This document shows, in pieces, positions 55,557-64,000 of a stretch of 64,000 nt of DNA. The stretch lies in assembly GCA_951406725.2 (NCBI GenBank), contig OX597834.1, positions 3,410,001 to 3,474,000 on the forward strand, in the 5' to 3' direction. The position numbers were made by a program, and so were the translations under genes. Numbering within the stretch: the stretch's first letter is position 1; each line of letters opens with the position of its first letter. The notes below the pieces were generated by a model, which was not told the DNA's origin, made no database searches, and saw nothing but the letters and a program-made list of their open reading frames with translations. Origin of the DNA: Octopus vulgaris (lineage: Eukaryota).

Positions 55557-55835
55557 AACCACAAACAAGATGAGGACAAATATCCATCAAATGTAAATAA
55601 TGATACTTATTTTATCGACCCGTAAAGGAAGAAAGACAAAATTGACTTCAGAACACAAAACTGGAAGAAACTCTGCCAAGCATTTTTGGTCCAGTTATGA
55701 TTCTGCCAGCTAATTGCCTTTATAACCACTAGCTATATCAACAAAGAAAATGCAAAAATAATTTGATCAACCAAAATTCAGTAGTATGTAGGCTGCACTA
55801 TATTTACTACGACATGAATTTTAATATTGATAGAG

Positions 55836-56855
55836 TTATTTTTCTGTATGAATACCTATATGCGTAGTTAAGTGCCTTTTTTGAGAGAAGGATTTGCCAC
55901 AAATATCACAGTGATGTGGTCTCTCTCCTGTATGAACACGTATGTGTTTAGTTAAGTGACTGCTTACAGAGAAAGATTTACCACAGACATCACAGGTATA
56001 TGGTTTCTCTCCAGTATGAATACGCTTGTGAGTAGTTAATTCCCCATTTTGAGAGAATGCTTTATCACAAATATCACACTGATATGGTTTCTCTCCTGTA
56101 TGAATAAGTTTGTGAGCAGTTAATTCACCATTTTGAGAGAATGATTTACCACAGATATCACACTGATATGGCTTCTCTCCTGTATGGGTGCGTTTGTGTC
56201 TTGTTAATGTGCAATTCTTAGGGAAAGATTTACCGCAAACATCACAGCAAAATGGCTTCTCTCCTGTATGAATACGTTTGTGAGTCGTTAAGTAACTACT
56301 TCCAGAGAACGACTTACCACAGATGTCACAATGATATGGCTTTTCTCCTGTATGAATGCGTTTGTGGGTCGTTAAATCACTACTTCCAGTGAAGGATTTA
56401 CCACACACATCGCAAAGATATGGCCTCTCTCCTGTATGAATACGTTTGTGTTTAGTTAAATGACTACTTACAGAGAAGGATTTACCACAGACATCACAGT
56501 GATTTGGTCTCTCATCTGTATGGATCCGTTTGTGAGTAGTCAAGTGACTACTTACGGAGAATGACTTATCACAGATATCACAAACATAAGGTCTCTCCCC
56601 TGTATGAACACGTTTATGGGTAATTAAGTTTGCAACTTGAGAGAATGATTTACTGCAGATGTCACAGTGATATGGTTTCTCTCCTGTATGAATACGTTTG
56701 TGAGTATTTAGGTTACCTTTTTGAGAGAATCTCTTTTTACAGATATCACAGTCATATGACATTTTTACTTTCTCTTTCTTTCCATCACCGGGATCAGCAA
56801 TCCTTTTAGACTGTGTTTCACATTTAATTTTCTTCTCACACAATTCATTTTCCAT
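55836..56855 (-). CDS. C2H2 zinc-finger protein ZNF7 (11 fingers)
   Basis: 339-aa intact ORF, leader [16 protein letters not shown]; acceptor at 57174; candidate upstream donor GG|GTAAGT at 61833. Confidence 0.93.
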   Translation of the reverse strand: MENELCEKKIKCETQSKRIADPGDGKKEKVKMSYDCDICKKRFSQKGNLNTHKRIHTGEKPYHCDICSKSFSQVANLITHKRVHTGERPYVCDICDKSFSVSSHLTTHKRIHTDERPNHCDVCGKSFSVSSHLTKHKRIHTGERPYLCDVCGKSFTGSSDLTTHKRIHTGEKPYHCDICGKSFSGSSYLTTHKRIHTGEKPFCCDVCGKSFPKNCTLTRHKRTHTGEKPYQCDICGKSFSQNGELTAHKLIHTGEKPYQCDICDKAFSQNGELTTHKRIHTGEKPYTCDVCGKSFSVSSHLTKHIRVHTGERPHHCDICGKSFSQKRHLTTHIGIHTEK

Positions 56856-57336
56856 AATTTTTCTTTCAATTTTTATATTCTCTTCCTGAAAAATATTTCT
56901 TGTGTGCTATGCTTCCATAAACATTGTCTCTGTCAATGTTTGTAGAGGCTGCAAACTCTTTTTTAATTTAAGTTTATCTAGAATCCACAATCATCCTATT
57001 ATATATAGTGAAGTGGGGAAATTTTACTAAGAACTACAGTGCAAATATTTCACAGTAATTCAGCTGAAGATTTATATCTGTTGTGTATGGCAGTTGTTCC
57101 GAGTCTTAAAAATGATAAATATCGATGGCTCCGACGTAAAACAATCTCTCTTGGGCCAATGTCATCTGATATTCTGAAAGAAAAGAGAAGCAATATAAAA
57201 TATAGAGGAATCTTAAGAAGCAGACATTCGATGCTGACATTTTATTATGTTTCTTCTACATTGATAGATAAAAGCCTTTATCCAAGCAACACAACTGATC
57301 TACTGAAGCCATCCCTTTTCAAAACACACATCAAGG

Positions 57337-57373
57337 GGCACAGGTGTGATTGTGTGGTAAGAAGCTTGCTTCC
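57337..57373 (+). mobile_element. 5' piece of a split family 1 SINE
   Basis: GGCACAGGTGTGATTGTGTGGTAAGAAGCTTGCTTCC matches the SINE start; continues at 60321. Confidence 0.85.
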
Positions 57374-58385
57374 AGTTTATTGTTTTGGTTGGTCAAACTG
57401 CTGCCTTTGTGTGTAATACACGTGTTTTTTGGCCGTCCTGCAACGGTACGACGTCTTCCCTCTTGTGTAATGAGTTGTGAAAATCTGAGTCCTTTTTCAG
57501 ACTTTATGTCGTCCGAAGAAGAAATTGTAAAATGTTTGAAAAGAATCAACAAGGAAATAGAAACAAAGAATTATGCTGAAGTGGCAAAAGGAAAAATTGA
57601 AAACATAAGTCTAGAAGAATTGAGAAGGTTCAAGGAAATACTTAAAAGGGAGGGGAACGATGTGAAGGTGTTCCCCCACAAAGAAGTGTTAAAGGGTAAA
57701 AATGAGAGAACAATTATTTACATTTGTGGTGGCAACAAGAAAAATAGAAAAGTGGTGTCAGTGGCCCAAGTTGAAAAGGCATGGAGACCGAGATGGTAAG
57801 AGATATGGTAAGAGAGATGGCAAGAGATATGGTAAGAGAGATGGCAAGAGATATGGTAAGAGATATGGTAAAAGAGATGGTAAGAGATATGGTAAAAGAG
57901 ATGGTAAGAGAGATGGTAAGAGATATGGCAAGAGATATGGTAAGAGATGGTAAAAGAGATGGAAAGAGATATGGTAAAAGAGATGGTAAAAGAGATGGTA
58001 AGAGATATGGTAAGAGAGATGGTAAAAGAGATGGCAAGAGATATGGTAAGAGACATGGCAAGAGATATGGTAAAAGAGATGTTAAGAGATATGGTAAAAG
58101 AGATGGTAAGAGATATGGCAAGAGATATGGTAAGAGATGGTAAGAGATATGGTAAAAGAGATGGTAAGAGATATGGCAAGAGATGGTAAAAGAGATGGTA
58201 AGAGAGATGGCAAGAGATATGGTAAGAGAGATGGTAAGAGAGATGGCAAGAGATATAGCAAGAGATATGGCAAGAGAGATGGTAAGAGATATGGTAAGAG
58301 AGATGGTAAGAGATATGGTAAGAGAGATGGTAAGAGATGGTAAAAGAGATGGTAAGAGAGATGGCAAGAGATATGGCAAGAGAGA
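57374..58385 (+). mobile_element. Inserted element 1: 5' UTR and ORF1-like N-terminus followed by a minisatellite
   Basis: Flanked by the 19-bp direct repeat TGGTAAGAAGCTTGCTTCC (57355-57373, 58386-58404). ORF contains NYAEVAK and NERTIIY, compared with EERTVVL in element 2. Confidence 0.6.
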
Positions 58386-58392
58386 TGGTAAG
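57790..58392. repeat. Purine-rich 12-bp minisatellite (ATGGTAAGAGAK and variants), about 50 units
   Basis: Direct reading; variants GGC/GGT, AAAA/AAGA and 10-mers. Confidence 0.95.
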
Positions 58393-58404
58393 AAGCTTGC
58401 TTCC

Positions 58405-60305
58405 ATGCATGCGTTGGTCAGTGTTTTTCTTTGCACTCCTAAGAGTCACAATGGCATACACCAACGTCGTGAATTATTGAACAAGTGAAGCACAGCTACA
58501 AGGAAAGACATTTGGTATTTTTGCGGGGGGGATTCTGTGGGGGTTTGTTGCTCGTGTTTATTTAGTCGAACAAGTAATCTCCACTGAGTTCCGGGCATTT
58601 GTCTGCCTGTAGTTGTGCTTTGAGTCTCACTTAGTGGAGAGAAGTGTGTTTTGAGGGCATATACCTCCTCCAATAATTACGAACATTGCGCTTGTTTTTT
58701 ACCCATTTTTTTGATGAAATTATTGTGTGACTGCTTTGTGCCCTGGATTACCAAGTGGATTACCGAGTTGGCCAGGAGCACCAGGACAGCCAGAAGAATA
58801 GTTTGCTGTGTTTTTTTTAACTGTTTCTTGTCTTCTTCCTTCTTTCCTTCATTTTTGTTTTTTTGAACTCTTCGAACTTTTGCTTTTTTTGTGAACTTTT
58901 TTCCCAAAGAACATGGCAAAAAAAATGAACAACAGTGCTCAGAGTGGATGAAAGACTTTGAAGAGAGGACAGTGGTGTTGAGGTTTTACTCAAAGTGGCT
59001 CGCCATTATCACCCTCTTTAAAAAGATACAAATTGAAATTTAGTTCAGGGGGGGGGGGGGGGGGCAAGTATGCAATGGTGTGGTTGCTATTTGACACCCC
59101 TGAGGAGGCTTGAAAATTTGCAAGCCACCATTAGAGGGCAAAGAGATTTTGTTTCTTCCCACGTATTGTGGGAAGAAGTTGACAAGAGCTTGGGTCTGCG
59201 GGTTGCCACCTGGGATAGAACCTGAGTGGATAGAAGACACTATCTGCCGGAGTTTGGGTGGCAGTGGATCCAAGCTGCTTAATGTTAAAATAATGCCGGC
59301 AGCTGATTGGGTTGGGTCAAAAGCTGTTTTGACCCTGTGGACCCAATCAGCTAAGAATCTGGTCTTTCCAGATTTTCTGAAAATGGCCAGTTGCAGGTAC
59401 CTAGTGATACTTGAGGGACGCCCCCCCCCCCCCAAGTGTCCCCTGTGCCTGGAACCAGGTCACATTAAAAAGAACTGTACCCACGACCAGAGTAGGATCC
59501 TGGAACAACTGGTTGAGGAAGAGCTACTCCCTCCTCCTTCGGAGGGAGAGATGGAGACCTTCCCCCCCAAAAAAGGAAGAAGGTGGACAACAATGGTTGC
59601 CCACCGAAGGACCGTAAAGCTGCAGGAGGGAGGGAAGATCCTCCAGTTAAAGCATAAGAACTAGACCCTCCTTTATCAAAGACGAGAAAAAAGAAGAAAA
59701 AGATTGGGACAGTGCAGGCAGTTAGCAGTACACTGCCGACATGTCCTGAAACCTTGTCGGTGGAATTGTGTCACTGACGGATGACACTGTGGACTGTCCC
59801 AGTATAATATATGAGGAATTTGTGATCTTTCTTAAGGGAGGAGCTGCAGAGAACTTTATGAGGAATCTGGAAGGTCGGGAAGAGGAGGTCCTGTCCTACA
59901 CTGAAAGGTGGCTGCAGAGGACATGATGGAAAATGATTTCTACAGAGTGATGGATTCCTTTACTAAGGATGAATGCAATTATCCCTTATGGGAACCCGAC
60001 TTGCAAAAGCAAGCTTGCCTGCAGACGGCAAGAGACTTAGTTTGGGAGGTAGAGTGAGAGGTCTTAGTGCCTCAATTTGGTGATTTTGGTAAGAGGCTCA
60101 GCACTTCAATTTGTAACTGTTGTAAGAGGTTCAATACCTCCTTTGTATTTTTTAAAAAAGAACAATGTTATCGTGAAGTAACAATCGGTGAGCGTTGTCT
60201 GTTTCCCCTACCAACCATCTCGTTTTCATTCCAGCATCATTGTATCTGTGTCCAGCCCATAAGCTTCCATCTGTATTATGCCTTTATGGCAAATGTAATG
60301 AAATA
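58405..60305 (+). mobile_element. Inserted element 2: ORF1-only Tx1/L1-like non-LTR element (1.9 kb)
   Basis: ORF 59110-59664 has RRM-like RAWVCGLPPGI and EGRPPPPK-CPLCLEPGHIKKNC (CX2CX4HX4C knuckle). No ORF2. Ends in AATAAA directly before the 15-bp TSD AAGAAGCTTGCTTCC (60306-60320). Confidence 0.78.
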
Positions 60306-60320
60306 AAGAAGCTTGCTTCC

Positions 60321-60682
60321 CAACCACATGGCTCTAGGCTCAGTCCCACTGCATGGCGTCTTGGGCAAGCGTCTTCTACTATAGCCTCAGGATCACATTG
60401 GCCTTACAAGTTGATTTGGAAGATGGAAACTGAAAGAAGCCTGTCGTATATACATACATACATATTTATATATATATGTGTATATGTTTGTCCCCTCACC
60501 ATCGCCTGACAACTGATGTTGCTGCGTTTAGGTCCCCGTAATCTAGGGGTTCGGTAAAAGAGACTAATAGAATAAGTAATAGGCTTACAAAGAATAAGTT
60601 CTAGATCGATTTGTTCAACTGATGGTGGTGCTCCAGCATGGCCACAGTCAAATGATTGAAACAAGTAAAAGAGTAAAAGAAT
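60321..60682 (+). mobile_element. 3' remainder of the split family 1 SINE
   Basis: CAACCACATGG..CAGTCCCACTG..gaaacaagtaaaagag, collinear with ~14970-15307. Confidence 0.88.
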
Positions 60683-60691
60683 ATATATATA

Positions 60692-61276
60692 GGTACTACT
60701 TGAGAACAGTGGTCCCGGTGCACGCACTCGCTAGTCATGACTAGTCGATCCTTTGTGTTTTATTTACTTTGGATCTTTTCGGTTTGAACGGCAGTTTTTA
60801 ACATAATTTCTAAGTGACTAAAAAATTTTAAACTTCGTATACTGGTAGAATGTGTTGATAAAACATCTTCTTCTCTTAGCTTTATTGAGAAAATTCTATA
60901 GTTTGTAAGATATTTGTTGTTTTTTTTCCTCAATTTCTGCAATTTCAACCAATCAATGACGTCCATTGAGGTAAATAGCATTCTGTGCCGTATGAATATG
61001 TCCCTCATTTAAGAAACAGATTGGGTTTATTTACATTTGTGAAGAAAAAAAAGATACCCTTCTCCCCCCCCCCAACCCTAAAAGAGATTGAAATGCAATA
61101 GATCGATTCTAGGGTCATAATTATGGGTGACAATTTCATATGACACCGCTAGAAAAAACTGCTGTGTAAAAAAATTATTTATTTTGTATTTTATTTACTT
61201 TGCTAGGTAGTCGTTGTAGGATCGATTAGTCACGACTAGCTAGCGCGGATCGGGACCACTGTTCTCAAGTAGTACC
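60692..61276. mobile_element. MITE with perfect 26-bp TIRs containing a nested foldback arm (60771-~61165)
   Basis: GGTACTACTTGAGAACAGTGGTCCCG at 60692-60717 and its reverse complement at 61251-61276; imperfect IR extends ~30 bp further. Confidence 0.82.
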
Positions 61277-62292
61277 AATGGAAATGGTGAGAGGACTCGG
61301 AACATTCCCAATGTGAATTTTCCGAGTCCTCCCCCCGCGTACATTTTTTTTTCCATATTCATTTACTACATGTTGTTGTTGTTGTTGTATTGCACTTTTT
61401 TTTTTTCGTTTTTTTGGGGGGCTTTTTTTGCTCGCGTCAAACACTTTAGTTTGAACCGAAATCTCTGACCCTTTCACTTAGATCCGGCGGAATTACAAAC
61501 CCTTTCTGCTTATCATAACAGTCAAAAACATGCCGTAACTATGAGGACTACGGTTCGACTCTGCTGTACGGTGGTGACTTGGGCAAACTTCTTTCTTCCA
61601 ACACATATTAAATCCACTTTCCTATACGTTTATGATAAGACTACTTGGAAATAAATCAAAGCCATTCAACAATCCGCAGACAGGTTGATAAAGAATTATA
61701 TTGCCTTACAACAACCTCTCACTATGTTAAAGACTACAAGGTTCAGTAAATGCTTATATAAAAACAATAAATAATACTGATGTAATATAAAAAAAAAAGG
61801 AAAAAATAATAGAAACAAAAACCCTAAACTTACCCCCGAACCTGGATGTTTAAACCACAGCAAGTGCTTGATGTTTCGGTTTCCGACTGTCGTAAATATT
61901 TCCTGATACTTTTTAGATTAAACCAAAACCAAATATTAGCTTTCATGATGTTATTACTGTTTATCGTTCATTTACTTTTTATGTATATGGATATTAATTA
62001 CTAAATAGATAATCTATATTAAAGATCGCGCTCATTTTATTACGACACAAATCGAGGCATTGTTTCGATTTCCTTTACGATATTTCTTGTAATAACAAGA
62101 AAAGTAGGTTCGAATCCCACTGCTGTCTGTATTTATTGTGTTGTGTTCTTCATTTACTTCAGTTGGTAATTTTTTTACTATTACACCCGTTGGGTGAGAC
62201 GAGTATAATAGCAGAAGTTTTGGTATTTATTTGCTGAATGTAGAAAATCAGTCCCCGACATATTAGAAGGTTTGGAGATGATGTAAAGGTAT

Positions 62293-62917
62293 GGATCTTT
62301 TCCTTTTGAACGCCAGTTTTCAACACAATTTCTAGTTAACTAAACACTTTTAAACTTCGTATACTGGTAGAATGTGTCAAAATAAAACATTTTTTCTCTT
62401 GGCTTTCTTGAGAAAATTGTAAGTTTAACGTAGTTTAATTTTTCGAATTTTAACCAATCCTATGCCCTCTATTGAGCTAAAATCATTTGCTGCGTCTAAA
62501 ACTGAGACAACATCCTGTCACTAACCCTAACCCTAAATTTTAGCCTTTCGTTTTTTTTTCTTAATTGTTAAATTAAAATTATTTTCCATTGCTTTCGTTT
62601 TTTTTTTTTAATTGTTATCCTTAAATTAATTTAACAAGTAAGAAAAAAAAAAACAAAAACGAAAGGCTAAAATTTAGGGTTAGTGACAGGATGTTGTCTG
62701 TTTTAGACGCAGCAAATGATTTTAGCTCAATAGAGGGCATAGGATTGGTTAAAATTCGAAAAATTAAACTACGTTAAACTTACAAATTACAATTTTCTCA
62801 AGAAAGCCAAGAGAAAAAAATGTTTTATTTTGACACATTCTACCAGTATACGAAGTTTAAAAGTGTTTAGTTAACTAGAAATTGTGTTGAAAACGGCCAT
62901 TCAAAAGGAAAAGATCC
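62293..62917. mobile_element. Complete foldback element with ~285-bp TIRs (GGATC...GATCC)
   Basis: Long near-perfect inverted arms with CCCTAA motifs; a small derivative lies at ~63028-63141. Confidence 0.88.
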
Positions 62918-63559
62918 AGTATTATATATTAGAAGAAATGAGGTACTCAGAAATCTGGATGGTTTTATATTTACAGATATTTATTAGTATGTTACATGTT
63001 TTTATAAATCATATATCATATATTAGGGTTCTTTTCACTTTGACCGGCAGATTTTTAAAATAATTTCTTTGTAACTAAATACTTTTAAACTTCATATACT
63101 GGTAGAATGTGTTACATAAAACATCCGGTCAAAGTGAAAAGTGCTTTCATCCACTCTAGTGGAGTCTTCAAATTGAATTAACTTTTGCAGGAATTTTGAC
63201 TCTTTTTATAGTATTATTGAGTGTATAGGGGTGGGGAGAGATATAAGATAGTACAAGAGGGTGAGGAATGGGGAGAAAGTGAGAGAGCATGTGTGTGTGT
63301 TTTTGTATCTGAAAAAAGTGTTAAAGAAAAAGAAGGAGAGAAAGAAAAAAAAATTTGCTATCTTTGCAGCTGGTCAGTTTGTCAATAATAAACAATTCTT
63401 AGCTTTTGGTAATGGCAAATTCAGCTGGTCATTCCAAGGGGAGAAAAATGTCACTTTTCAAAAAATTGTCTGGATTTCCTTTTTATAATTGTCTTGTGAG
63501 AGTGTGTGTGTGTGTGTTTTTGTATTACCTCCTCCGCTATCTTATGCAAGTCTTGTAAA

Positions 63560-63835
63560 CCGACTTGGATGGCACTTTGAAGCCGTAGTCCTACCAGTTT
63601 ACCTCCTTCACCCTCATCACTTTCAACACCTTCACGTCTTCCTCCATATTATACAGGATGGCTGCCACCAGTCACACCTCCTCAATCTCCAGTGGTACTC
63701 TGCCAATCCTTACCCTGGCTACTCATTTGCCACAGTAAATCAGCAGAACTCCTTAGCATCACAGTGGAGTGGTTTATTGCTTCTTGTTCACTAGTGAACC
63801 CTACCTCTGCTGTGCCGTATTTCCTCCCTCTCGTG
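63560..63835 (-). mobile_element. Degenerate Tx1-like ORF1 fragment related to element 2
   Basis: Minus strand GRKYGTAEVGF..YCGK*VARVRIGRVPLEIEEV*LVAAI aligns with YCGKKLTRAWVCGLPPGIEPEWIEDTI. Confidence 0.6.
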
Positions 63836-63865
63836 TAAAATGTTGAGGCATTTTACCACCTTTAT

Positions 63866-64000
63866 GGTCTCAAAAATTTGTCCTACGAAGAAAGGCTGAG
63901 GACGCTCGACCTTTATTCTCTTGAAAAACGCCGCCGCCGTGGTGATCTCATTTTCGCCCACAACATCATAAGCGGAAAGTGTAACCTCTCGAAAGAGCTG
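63866..64000 (+). mobile_element. CR1-clade LINE ORF2 C-terminal fragment (runs off the window)
   Basis: GLKNLSYEERLRTLDLYSLEKRRRRGDLI matches the CR1 LSYEERL..SLE.RR.RGDLI motif. Confidence 0.85.

Noticed and set aside
57790-58392. CRISPR-like array
   Set aside because: Contiguous tandem units with no unique spacers, no cas genes, and a eukaryotic context.
57702-58488. Long low-complexity ORFs (RDGKRYGK, MVRD, LLPS, ISLT, SYHL repeats)
   Set aside because: These are translations of the 12-bp minisatellite in several frames on both strands; there is no evidence of coding function.
62521-62537. Interstitial telomere (CCCTAA/TTAGGG)
   Set aside because: Only 2-3 units, internal to the foldback family arms.

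Overview
AT-rich eukaryotic DNA with no prokaryotic features, most likely from an octopod cephalopod (inferred from the tRNA-derived SINE families, RTE tails and clustered C2H2 genes). The window is a C2H2 zinc-finger (ZNF) gene cluster with seven loci, each with a single coding exon. ZNF1 (+, 7132-8073) has 8 more in-frame fingers behind one TAG; ZNF2 (-, 20232-21419) is its convergent inverted paralogue; ZNF3-6 (-) form a tandem array of about 6-6.5 kb units with an ABAB pattern; ZNF7 is at 55836-56855 (-). The 5' region of a probable eighth gene runs off the left edge. Intergenic DNA consists of nested transposon relics: two Gypsy families, a solo LTR, a complete non-autonomous Helitron, RTE, CR1 and Tx1-like LINE pieces, SINEs, foldback/MITE elements and hammerhead-like motifs. 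The strongest lead is two different Tx1-like ORF1-bearing elements inserted in tandem at the same nucleotide of a SINE tRNA head, leaving three copies of the target and a minisatellite that contains target sequence. Other leads are a co-oriented Gypsy 3' end upstream of six of the seven ZNF genes, finger shuffling between near-identical copies, and a possibly editable amber codon. All alignments were done by eye; boundaries marked approximate need computational confirmation.
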